64,000 bases of DNA. It comes from Candidatus Collierbacteria bacterium. Its GTDB lineage: Bacteria > Patescibacteriota > Microgenomatia > UBA1400 > JACPES01. The translations under genes were made by a program, and so were the position numbers. Under the pieces are notes generated by a model. The model had not been told where the DNA came from, made no database searches, and worked only from the letters and a program-made list of their open reading frames with translations. Shown in pieces: positions 17,472 through 25,516 of the stretch. The stretch is from the NCBI GenBank assembly GCA_016183365.1, contig JACPES010000003.1, positions 345,154 to 409,153 of the forward strand, read 5' to 3'. The number at the start of each line of letters is the position of its first letter. Position 1 is the first letter of the stretch.

Positions 17472-19375
17472 TAAAAATTGAAAGGCTTTCTATCCCGGTG
17501 GACTTTAATTTATCTTTTCTGAAAATCCGTTGGTCTGATCATATTTTGATGTACCCTGATTTTTCTCTCGAAAAATCAGTTGGTACACCAAAACCCTGCA
17601 TCGACGCTCTTGCGACGCATGGACGCAGCCCATGGGAGCAAGTAAGTTTAATGCGGGGTTGTCCTATCGGTGAAGGAGTAGTCTATGGCGGCGACTGGGC
17701 GAAAGCGGAACGACTAGCGAGGCAGATGGCGGAAATGAAGTTTGGAGCCGACCGCGACGGGTTACAGGTATGTGAGCAGGTGTTTATTGAACCAGCCCCA
17801 GCAGTACGCTTGCCACTCCCGTGGTCTACGTCCACGCGTCGTGGTGTCGCGACTGCGGGGTTCGGATGTGACCGCGATTTTTTCCTTCAGGAAAAAATCG
17901 GTCCCATCCGAAAAAGAAAATCTAATTTGAAATTGAAAGTCGGAAGAAATGTTTTTGATGATATTAAAGTTATAGAGTTTATTCGCCGTGAACTGAAATT
18001 CCCGAATGAGATTAGGATTGATGCTAATCAAGGGTATTCTCTCAAGCAACTGCAATATATTGTTCCGACGTTAAAAGAAGCAGGAATTGAATATGTGGAA
18101 GAGCCGGTCAAGATTAAAGATCTGCCAGCCGCCGTCAAATTACTTCATCAAAACGGACTCAAAATTATTCTTGACGAAACCCTCTTGTTTAAAAAGTCAT
18201 CACGAGACTCCGCTAAGCGGGGTCGTGGCGATCTAATTGTAAAGACAGATTGCCACGTCACTACGTTCCTCGCAATGACAGAACTTAAGATCGATGTCAT
18301 AAATATCAAACTCTCCCGTATCGGCGATATAAATAAAGCGATTCAGTTAATCGCATTGGCAAAAAAACACAATATAAAAATAGTGATTGGTTGCAGCGAA
18401 GAACTTGAAAGAGGGATGAAGGCTATTTACGCGTTGGGACACGAAGCCAGAAAATCCGGAGTGTTGTTGGAGGTTGAAGGTTTTGGGCCTTTAAGGCTTA
18501 AACAAAAATATACTTCAGTGCCGCGGTGGTTCAACCGGATGGAAAATTTATCGATAATCATCGGTCACAAAATCCGGCAGCTGATATTTGAAATATATTG
18601 GCTGGTTTTAAAAGTTGGAGTTTTAATAATGAAAAAATCTAAATTAGTTTCCCCCCTCTCGCTTCATTTGGTTAAATGGACCGGCAAATCCAGACAAAAA
18701 ATTCATCCTAAACATTTGATTTTTCAAAAATATCCGCCTGAATTTTTAAAATGCTTAAATCCAAATGATTTTGTCTTGGATGTTGGCTGTGGCAACGGTC
18801 AGAATAGTCTGCTGGCAGCCGGAAAGGCAAAAAGGGTGGTTGGTTTCGACATTGATAAAACACAATTGAAAATTGCCAAAGCTGAAGCGGTCAGGCGGGG
18901 ATTAAATAATGTTGAATTCGATTATGCTTCGGCTGAAGATAAATTCCCTTATAAATCACGTTCATTCGATAAGATTATTTTTTTGGGAGTCTTGGAGCAT
19001 TTGACTAACAGGGAAAATATTTTAGAGGAAATTCGCAGGGTGATGAATTCCGGCGGACAATTATTGTTGGGGGTTCCGAATGAGGGAACAAGTTGGAAAA
19101 AACTGCAAATGAATGTCGGGGTCCAGCATTTTACCGATCCGGATCACAAACTGGAGTTTACCCTCCGGACAATCAGCGATTTATTGGTTAAAACGGGATT
19201 TAAGCCGGTTTCAATTCAGCCGACGGCCTTTGATACTCCATGGGCGGGCTTGATTGACGTTGTTGGTGGGATTTCTCTGAACATCTATCAGAAACTTTTA
19301 TTTTGGAAGTGGGCTAAGGCTAAGCAAAATCCGGAAGAATCTATTAGTTTTTTTATTGTCGCAAATAAAATCTAA
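17468..19375 (+). CDS. Enolase-superfamily (MR/MLE-type barrel: KxK, DAN, EEP, DET, K motifs) protein running in-frame into a class I SAM methyltransferase domain; possibly two genes (second start ~18628) or a fusion; N-terminal 140 codons atypical/GC-rich
   Basis: LKLKVG...IRIDANQGYS...VEEPVKI...ILDETL...INIKLSRIGDI barrel motifs; C-terminal VLDVGCGNGQ...FDKIIFLGVLEHL MTase motifs; no stop between. Confidence 0.45.
   Translation: MIKIERLSIPVDFNLSFLKIRWSDHILMYPDFSLEKSVGTPKPCIDALATHGRSPWEQVSLMRGCPIGEGVVYGGDWAKAERLARQMAEMKFGADRDGLQVCEQVFIEPAPAVRLPLPWSTSTRRGVATAGFGCDRDFFLQEKIGPIRKRKSNLKLKVGRNVFDDIKVIEFIRRELKFPNEIRIDANQGYSLKQLQYIVPTLKEAGIEYVEEPVKIKDLPAAVKLLHQNGLKIILDETLLFKKSSRDSAKRGRGDLIVKTDCHVTTFLAMTELKIDVINIKLSRIGDINKAIQLIALAKKHNIKIVIGCSEELERGMKAIYALGHEARKSGVLLEVEGFGPLRLKQKYTSVPRWFNRMENLSIIIGHKIRQLIFEIYWLVLKVGVLIMKKSKLVSPLSLHLVKWTGKSRQKIHPKHLIFQKYPPEFLKCLNPNDFVLDVGCGNGQNSLLAAGKAKRVVGFDIDKTQLKIAKAEAVRRGLNNVEFDYASAEDKFPYKSRSFDKIIFLGVLEHLTNRENILEEIRRVMNSGGQLLLGVPNEGTSWKKLQMNVGVQHFTDPDHKLEFTLRTISDLLVKTGFKPVSIQPTAFDTPWAGLIDVVGGISLNIYQKLLFWKWAKAKQNPEESISFFIVANKI
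17548..17589. repeat. Long hairpin gatgtaccctgatttttc-tctc-gaaaaatcag(tt)ggtacacc at 5' side of GC-rich segment
   Basis: ~16 bp stem with 2-nt bulge. Confidence 0.7.
18196..18279. repeat. Degenerate copy of MITE-like element type 1 inside enolase-superfamily barrel domain
   Basis: gtcatcacgag...agattgccacgtc...cctcgcaatgac; encodes SRDSAKRGRGDLIVKTDCHVTTFLAMT. Confidence 0.6.
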
Positions 19376-19388
19376 AATATAAAAACGT

Positions 19389-19436
19389 CAATTATTTTCA
19401 GGCAAAGCCTGATCCTGCTCTGCGGGAAAATAATTG
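19389..19436. repeat. Intergenic stem-loop: 11-nt inverted repeat caattattttc/gaaaataattg enclosing caggcaaagcctg hairpin
   Basis: Direct reading; downstream of 17468..19375 ORF, upstream of 19447 gene. Confidence 0.6.
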
Positions 19437-19446
19437 AAGTAAATTT

Positions 19447-21342
19447 ATGAAATCAGTAAATCCGACCGTATCAGTATTATTTCCTATAGGGAAAGATAAA
19501 CGTTTCTTAGAGGAAGCATTGGAGAGTATCAGAAATCAGTCTTTTAAGGATTATGAATTATTATCCCAAGAAGATGACGGAAGAGGAATTACTCAAGTCT
19601 TAATTGATTTAGCCAAAAAGGCAAAAGGTGAATTCTTAGTCCGGATGGATGTTGACGATATTTGTTTGCCAAACAGATTTAAGGTTCAAGTGGATTATCT
19701 CCGGGCCAATCCGGATGTTCAATTAGCCGGATCATGGGCAATCTTAATTGACGAAAAAGGAAATCAGATAGGTTTGCAGAAAATGCCAATTTATTGGGAA
19801 GAGATAAAAAGGGAAGCATTCTTCAGAAACCCTTTAATTCATCCGTCATGGATGACGCGCAGGAATTGGTTTGAAAAGATTGGCGGATACAATTCTGTTT
19901 TTGCAACTGCTCAGGATTGGGAGTTGATCTTAAGAAGAGTTTGGCGGGAAAGAATTGAAAATATTCCGGAGCCTTTACTCAAATTAAGAATACATTCAGG
20001 GTCGGTTTCGTTTTCCAAAAATAGATTACAAGTTTACTATGGCCTGAAAGCCAGATTATCGGCGATTCTTAGGGGTGATGTCCGATGGTATAAGGGGATT
20101 TATTTAATGCCATCGTTATTAGCTTTGATGATTCCTACAAAATTAAAATTGTTAGCAAGGCTCAATTTAAATAGATTCCTGGTCAAGCTGTTCGACCATC
20201 CTGAGCTCACCGCCGAAGGGCCAGGAATGACAATAAAGCCGGTCTTGGGAATAGTAATGCCGATCGGGCAAAACAAAGAACAATTATTGAAATCAGGACA
20301 ATGGGGTCTTTGGCAATCTGAAATTGAAGAATACCGGAAATATTTTGGCGGAGTGGAAATATTTGAATTTAAGCATAGGAATTGGTTCAGGTTTCCGGAA
20401 GCAATTCTGCTGCCATTGGTTCAGTCGGACAGATTCAAGCGATGTTCGGTTTTTAAAGCCGTCCACCTGTCGGCAGTAGTTCCTTGTTTGATGGTAAAAG
20501 CGTTATATAGGATTCCGTACGTTTTGAGTTTTGGTTATCGATATGACGAATTTGCCAAGATTGAGAAGAAATGGGTACAGTGGATTTTTATAAAACTATT
20601 AGAACCCTTAGCAATTAGGTATGCAGATTTAGTTTTGGTTCCGACAGAGGGGCTTAGAGCATATGTTAATGATATCGGTGCGAAAAATATTGAAGTGATT
20701 CCAAATGGAGTTGACGTTAATCTGTTCAAACAGGCCTCAAAAGGTCTCACCTTGCGTCCGCAAGGTGAGACCTTATTAAATATTCTTTTCGTCGGGAGAT
20801 TGGAAAGACAAAAAAACTTAGAGAGTTTGATCAAGGCAGTTTATAAACTATTAAAAGGTCCGACCTTGCCTCGGCAAGGTCGGACCTTAATAAATAAGCT
20901 GGTGTTTGTTGGAGCCGGAAGTTTGAGGGGTGAGTTGACTAAGTTGGCAAATACACTCGGGATTAATTTAGAGATTATCGGACCGGTTCCCAATGAAAAA
21001 TTACCGGGAATTTATCGCCAGGCTGATATTTTTGTTTTGCCGTCTTTAGCCGAAGGCCACCCTAAAGCCTTATTGGAGGCGATGAGCTGCGGTTTGGCGT
21101 GTATAGCAAGTGATATTACCGGCGTGAATGAGATAATTGTTGACGGCAAAAACGGGTTGTTGGTTCAGGCTACAGTTAATGGTTTGGTCAAGGGGCTGAA
21201 GCGACTAGTCGGCGATTCTAAACTCCGGAAACTTTTGGGAACCAACGCCAGAAAGACGGTGCTAGATAGATTTGATAAGAGAAAGCTAATGGAAAAAGAG
21301 TGTAAGTTACTGACGCGATCCCAATATCCGAATTCATCCTAA
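19447..21342 (+). CDS. Bifunctional glycosyltransferase: N-terminal GT2 domain + C-terminal GT4 domain
   Basis: SVLFPIGKDKRFLEEALESIRNQSF...RMDVDDICLPNRF (GT2) then ILFVGRLERQKN...EGHPKALLEAMSCGLACIASDITG (GT4); two in-frame 34-nt palindromes. Confidence 0.65.
   Translation: MKSVNPTVSVLFPIGKDKRFLEEALESIRNQSFKDYELLSQEDDGRGITQVLIDLAKKAKGEFLVRMDVDDICLPNRFKVQVDYLRANPDVQLAGSWAILIDEKGNQIGLQKMPIYWEEIKREAFFRNPLIHPSWMTRRNWFEKIGGYNSVFATAQDWELILRRVWRERIENIPEPLLKLRIHSGSVSFSKNRLQVYYGLKARLSAILRGDVRWYKGIYLMPSLLALMIPTKLKLLARLNLNRFLVKLFDHPELTAEGPGMTIKPVLGIVMPIGQNKEQLLKSGQWGLWQSEIEEYRKYFGGVEIFEFKHRNWFRFPEAILLPLVQSDRFKRCSVFKAVHLSAVVPCLMVKALYRIPYVLSFGYRYDEFAKIEKKWVQWIFIKLLEPLAIRYADLVLVPTEGLRAYVNDIGAKNIEVIPNGVDVNLFKQASKGLTLRPQGETLLNILFVGRLERQKNLESLIKAVYKLLKGPTLPRQGRTLINKLVFVGAGSLRGELTKLANTLGINLEIIGPVPNEKLPGIYRQADIFVLPSLAEGHPKALLEAMSCGLACIASDITGVNEIIVDGKNGLLVQATVNGLVKGLKRLVGDSKLRKLLGTNARKTVLDRFDKRKLMEKECKLLTRSQYPNSS
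20741..20774. repeat. 34-nt perfect palindrome aaggtctcaccttgcg-tc-cgcaaggtgagacctt inside GT2-GT4 CDS
   Basis: Encodes KGLTLRPQGETL in-frame. Confidence 0.9.
20855..20888. repeat. 34-nt perfect palindrome aaggtccgaccttgcc-tc-ggcaaggtcggacctt inside same CDS, 114 nt downstream
   Basis: Encodes KGPTLPRQGRTL in-frame; differs from 20741 copy only by paired compensatory changes. Confidence 0.9.
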
Positions 21343-21397
21343 TGATCCGAATATACGGATTCGTAGATTCGGATAATTAGTAGATTAGGATCGGATT
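21326..21397. repeat. Nested inverted repeats (atccgaat / attcggat; tcctaat / attagga) spanning stop of 19447 gene and intergenic region
   Basis: Direct reading. Confidence 0.55.
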
Positions 21398-21401
21398 TGA
21401 C

Positions 21402-22532
21402 ATGAAAGTATTATTTGTTTTGGAAAACACTATCAAAAGTCTGGAAGGCGGAACAGAAGTCAGCAGTTTTCATCTGGCCGGGTTGCTCCGCGGACAAAAA
21501 ATTGATGTTGAAGAATGGGCCCCCTATTCAAAAAGAATGCCAATATACTTTTATACCGGTATATTTTTTCAAATAGTTATATTTTTGTTACTTCTGTGGA
21601 CATGCGTGAAAAATAGACCACAAATTTTACACATTCAGGGAAAATATCTTTTACCACAGGTAGTTTTAGTTGGTAAGCTACTAAGAATCCCTACTGTGGC
21701 AACGATTAGAGATTATATTGTCGTTTGCCCGATTGGGCTATGCCTATTTGATTTTCACACCAATCATGGTTTTTTGTTTTTCTTTTTTCATGAGATTCCA
21801 AAGTTTCTATCGATTTATCACCGGAATGATAATCTAATCATTCGAATCATTAGATACATATTTCTCACGAGAGGTTGGTTGGTAACGCAGTGGTTGAGAT
21901 TTTGGTTGAAGCGGGCTGATGCGGTAGTTTCGGTTTCCGAAGCAGTCAAAAAAATCCTGTCTTACAATGGAATTTCATCTAAAGTTATTCACAATGCCTT
22001 CGATCCGGAAGTTTTGAAAAATCTTTCGGCAGAGCGATTATCCATCATCCATCATCCATCATCCATCTTGTTCGCCGGCAAACCGTCTTATGGAAAGGGT
22101 TATGATCTGTTTCAATCACTTTCTCGTAATAAACTATTTCGAGATTTTAGGTTTGTGACAATCGGCGGGAGTAATAAGTTGCCTTATTTGGAAACTCTGC
22201 AAAAAATTAGGGAAGCGGTGGCCGTAGTCGTCCCCAGCCGTTGGCCGGAACCGTTTGGACGGGTGGCGCTGGAGGCTTTAATGATGGGAACTCCGGTCGT
22301 TGCATCAAAATGCGGGGGCTTGCCGGAGATTGTTGAAAATGGTAAAACCGGAATTATAACTGAGCTTACAATTGGTGATATGGCTGACGCCTTGAGATTG
22401 ATAATCAAGCAAAATAATAAATTTAGAGAAGAAATTATGACCAGAAAAAAACTATTGATAAAGAAATTTGAATCGATTCCTCTCAGATCACATATCAATC
22501 TTTACTCGATCCTTCTTGCTAAAATAGGCTAA
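21402..22532 (+). CDS. Glycosyltransferase family 4
   Basis: ILFAGKPSYGKG...EPFGRVALEALMMGTPVVASKCGGLPEIV; tcatcca x4 tract in-frame. Confidence 0.7.
   Translation: MKVLFVLENTIKSLEGGTEVSSFHLAGLLRGQKIDVEEWAPYSKRMPIYFYTGIFFQIVIFLLLLWTCVKNRPQILHIQGKYLLPQVVLVGKLLRIPTVATIRDYIVVCPIGLCLFDFHTNHGFLFFFFHEIPKFLSIYHRNDNLIIRIIRYIFLTRGWLVTQWLRFWLKRADAVVSVSEAVKKILSYNGISSKVIHNAFDPEVLKNLSAERLSIIHHPSSILFAGKPSYGKGYDLFQSLSRNKLFRDFRFVTIGGSNKLPYLETLQKIREAVAVVVPSRWPEPFGRVALEALMMGTPVVASKCGGLPEIVENGKTGIITELTIGDMADALRLIIKQNNKFREEIMTRKKLLIKKFESIPLRSHINLYSILLAKIG
22038..22065. repeat. Heptanucleotide tandem repeat tcatcca x4 in GT4 CDS
   Basis: ttatcca tcatcca tcatcca tcatcca; encodes IIHHPSSI immediately before ILFAGK. 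Confidence 0.85.
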
Positions 22533-22534
22533 GG

Positions 22535-23653
22535 ATGAAAAAAGTTTTCGGTGCGATTCTAATACTTTGGGTAGTTTCTCTTTTGACCAGCGCTTATATC
22601 GCCCCAAGATTTATTCCAGACACCCTGTTTATTGGCAGCAGAAACTCGTTTGACGAAAGACTACCGCAGTGGCTGTACGACAATCGTATGCCTCGTTGGA
22701 TTTGGATGTGGGCTAACCTTGACGGCAACCATTATCTATCGATTGCCAGAAACGGATATTATGAATTTGAGAATGGTTTTTTCCCTTTATATCCATTGGC
22801 CATAAGAGTCGTGGCCAATTTGTCGGGACTACCTTTTCTATTATCCGGACTATTAGTGACATATACTTCTTTTATTCTGTTTCTTAAACTACTGCTTCGC
22901 CTTTTAAGGCTTGATTTTACCGATCAAGCCAGTAATCAGGTTATACGGTGGATAATCGGATTCCCGGTGGCGTTTTATTTGATTGCGATTTATAACGATG
23001 CTTTATTTTTATTTTTAACGGTCGGATGTTTTTATGCTGTCAGAAAAAGCAAATGGTGGCCGGGCGGGATTTTGGGCGGACTGGCGGCATTAACCAGGTT
23101 TCCCGGGATAGCCATTTTTCCGGCCTTGTTGATTGAATGGTGGAGCGGCAAGCGCCGGATAAGGGATTTGATCCCCGTTTTTTTTATTCCCTTATCAACA
23201 TTGTCATATTTTCTATATCTGCATATTTGGGAAAGAGACTGGAATCTATTTGTGACTTCGATGAGCGTTTGGAGACAGGACCGGTTTGTATTGCCCATCC
23301 AGACGGCTTACCGGTATTTTAAAATTTTTGCCTCGGTTTCACCTAACAGCTTAATGTATTTTTTGGCGTTGGCAGAGTTCTCGGCGGTGGTTTTTGCTAT
23401 AGTGGTTTTAATCAAAGGATTTAAACTTATCAGACGGTCTTATTGGGTTTACGCTGTATCTTATCTTTTAATTCCGATGTCAGGCGGGACTTTTCAGGGG
23501 ATGCCGAGGTATATTATTCACGCTTTTCCGGTGATATTGATTTTTTCTTTGTTAACAGTTAAAAGCCGGTGGCGGTATTTAGTCATGGGGGGATTTTTTG
23601 TTTTGCAACTGATATTTATGGCTTTCTTTTCCCAAGGATATTTTATTTCTTAA
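22535..23653 (+). CDS. PIG-V-like mannosyltransferase family polytopic membrane protein (GT-C), paralog of 5707..6882
   Basis: ANLDGNHYLSIARNGY first-loop motif; same TM architecture and C-terminal GMPRYI motif as 5707 gene. Confidence 0.5.
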   Translation: MKKVFGAILILWVVSLLTSAYIAPRFIPDTLFIGSRNSFDERLPQWLYDNRMPRWIWMWANLDGNHYLSIARNGYYEFENGFFPLYPLAIRVVANLSGLPFLLSGLLVTYTSFILFLKLLLRLLRLDFTDQASNQVIRWIIGFPVAFYLIAIYNDALFLFLTVGCFYAVRKSKWWPGGILGGLAALTRFPGIAIFPALLIEWWSGKRRIRDLIPVFFIPLSTLSYFLYLHIWERDWNLFVTSMSVWRQDRFVLPIQTAYRYFKIFASVSPNSLMYFLALAEFSAVVFAIVVLIKGFKLIRRSYWVYAVSYLLIPMSGGTFQGMPRYIIHAFPVILIFSLLTVKSRWRYLVMGGFFVLQLIFMAFFSQGYFIS

Positions 23654-23657
23654 GGCT

Positions 23658-24770
23658 ATGATTATTTTAAGCCCGCAACTTGGAATATCACCTACGGCTA
23701 CTACCGGCGGCGAGACCTATGATCGGGAATTGTTAAAACAGTTTGTCAAAATGGGGCAGGAGGTACGAATTTTATTGCCCAAAAACAAGTCAGTCCCAGA
23801 AGGAATAACGGGATGGAAAATTGACAGAACGCAGTTTAGCCGTTTTGTCCCGCCGTATACATTTAATTTGTTCTCAATTCCCTGGGCCATAAAACAGATT
23901 CAACGTTCAACGTTCAACGTTCAACGCTCATTAGTCCTTCGTATCCATTCCCCCGAGTATTTATTTCCAACTGGGTACTTGATTAAAAAGCTGTATCCAA
24001 AGATTCCTCAAGTAGTCCACTATCATTTAGATCAGACTGGAATGATATGGACGAAGATGAATCGAATATTGTTGAACATGGCAGACGCGGTGATTGCCGA
24101 TTCTGAATTCTTAAAAAAGCAGTTAGTGGAAAGAGTCGGAATCGATCGGGAGAAGATTTATGTGATTTATTGCGGAGTTGACACAGAATCAATAATTCCG
24201 CTTCAGCACTCAACGTTCAACGTTCAACGTTCAAAAACTATTCTATTTCTCGGTCGGTTTATCGAACGCAAACGTCCTGATTTGGCAATCGAAATTTTTG
24301 CCAAACTTCACGCTAAACATCCCGACACCAGATTAATTATGGTGGGGGAAGGGCCGATGGAAGATGAGCTAAGGTTACAGGTTACAGGTTACAAGATACA
24401 GGATGCAGTAGAGTTTCCGGGACCATTATTCGGGAAAGAAAAACTAAAAAGATATCACGAAGCGGATTTGTTTTTGTTTCCGTCGCAGAAAGAGGGATTC
24501 GTGTTGGTAGTTTTGGAGGCGATGGCGGCAGGATTACCCTTGCTTGTTCCTGATGCTTTAGGTTTTCCCGAGGCGGTTGAAAACGGAAAAAACGGTTACT
24601 TGGCCGATCCGGATAATATCGAAGACTGGGTTAAAAAATCGGAAAAAATTCTATTTTCTCCCGTTTTGCAAAACTCAATGAGAGAATATTCGAGATATCT
24701 TTCTGAAACCAAATTCAGTTGGAAAACGTGCGCCCAAAAAAATCTGAAGATTTATCAGTCTTTAGTATAA
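23658..24770 (+). CDS. Glycosyltransferase family 4
   Basis: ILFLGRFIERKRPD...LIMVGEGP...EGFVLVVLEAMAAGLPLLVPD; three heptamer tracts in-frame. Confidence 0.75.
   Translation: MIILSPQLGISPTATTGGETYDRELLKQFVKMGQEVRILLPKNKSVPEGITGWKIDRTQFSRFVPPYTFNLFSIPWAIKQIQRSTFNVQRSLVLRIHSPEYLFPTGYLIKKLYPKIPQVVHYHLDQTGMIWTKMNRILLNMADAVIADSEFLKKQLVERVGIDREKIYVIYCGVDTESIIPLQHSTFNVQRSKTILFLGRFIERKRPDLAIEIFAKLHAKHPDTRLIMVGEGPMEDELRLQVTGYKIQDAVEFPGPLFGKEKLKRYHEADLFLFPSQKEGFVLVVLEAMAAGLPLLVPDALGFPEAVENGKNGYLADPDNIEDWVKKSEKILFSPVLQNSMREYSRYLSETKFSWKTCAQKNLKIYQSLV
23899..23926. repeat. Heptanucleotide tandem repeat ttcaacg x4 perfect in GT4 CDS
   Basis: Encodes STFNVQRS. Confidence 0.9.
24209..24236. repeat. Heptanucleotide tandem repeat ttcaacg x~3.5, second tract of same unit in same CDS
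   Basis: ctcaacg ttcaacg ttcaacg ttcaaaa; encodes STFNVQRS again, just before ILFLGRF. Confidence 0.85.
24372..24399. repeat. Heptanucleotide tandem repeat aggttac x3 + degenerate aagatac, same CDS
   Basis: Encodes LQVTGYKIQ in GEGP-to-FPGP linker. Confidence 0.85.
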
Positions 24771-24779
24771 AATAACCTT

Positions 24780-25481
24780 GTGATAAAACCTTCGGTTTCA
24801 GTGTTTTTCCCATGTTTTAACGACGAAAAGACAATCAGTCAATTAGTTAGGGGCGCCAAAAAAGCGCTGGAGAAGGCGGCGGCAAAATACGAAATCATTG
24901 TCATTGATGATGGCTCAACCGATGACAGCAGAGGAGAGCTTTCAAAGTTAAGGCGGGAAATCCGTAATCTGCGCCTGATTTTCCATCGCCAAAATAGGGG
25001 GTATGGAGGAGTGTTGCGGTCCGGATTTAAAGCCGCCAAGTATGACTTGGTGTTTTATACCGATGGAGATGGCCAATACGACGTTAGGGACTTGGAGCTG
25101 TTATTTCCATTGTTAACTCCTGACATTGATGTCGTCAACGGGATCAAGATGGAGAGAAACGACGCTTGGTATCGGAAATTAGCAGGCTACGGATACAATT
25201 TTTTGGTCAGGAACTTGTTTAATATCCGGATTTTTGATGTTGATTGCGACTTTCGTTTGATTAGAAAAACCAAACTTCAGGGAATCGATCTGGGTTGTTC
25301 GTCCGGGGCGATTTGCGTGGAATTGGTGAAAAAACTGCAGGACAACGGGGCTGGATTTAGGGAGGTGACAGTTCACCATTACGAAAGAAAATTCGGTTCC
25401 TCCCAATTTTTTAAACCGAAACGGCTGTGGCAGACAGCAATCGAATTGATAAAATTATGGACCGAGATTTATTTAAAATGA
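24780..25481 (+). CDS. Glycosyltransferase family 2
   Basis: SVFFPCFNDEKTI...IIVIDDGSTDDS...YTDGDGQYD; GTG start. Confidence 0.65.
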   Translation: MIKPSVSVFFPCFNDEKTISQLVRGAKKALEKAAAKYEIIVIDDGSTDDSRGELSKLRREIRNLRLIFHRQNRGYGGVLRSGFKAAKYDLVFYTDGDGQYDVRDLELLFPLLTPDIDVVNGIKMERNDAWYRKLAGYGYNFLVRNLFNIRIFDVDCDFRLIRKTKLQGIDLGCSSGAICVELVKKLQDNGAGFREVTVHHYERKFGSSQFFKPKRLWQTAIELIKLWTEIYLK

Positions 25482-25516
25482 CAAAGAGAATGCAGTTTTA
25501 AAACTAGTTCAGTAAA

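Noticed and set aside
17590-17890. Tested the GC-rich segment against remembered consensus features of RNase P RNA (GGAAAGUCCGG / ACAGAACCCGGCUUA), tmRNA termini, SRP RNA domain IV and group II intron domain V
   Set aside because: None of the diagnostic motifs is present. GAGCCGACCGCGACGGGUUAC only loosely resembles domain V and does not fold as the canonical hairpin. Kept as an unexplained structured or GC-rich segment rather than calling an RNA gene.
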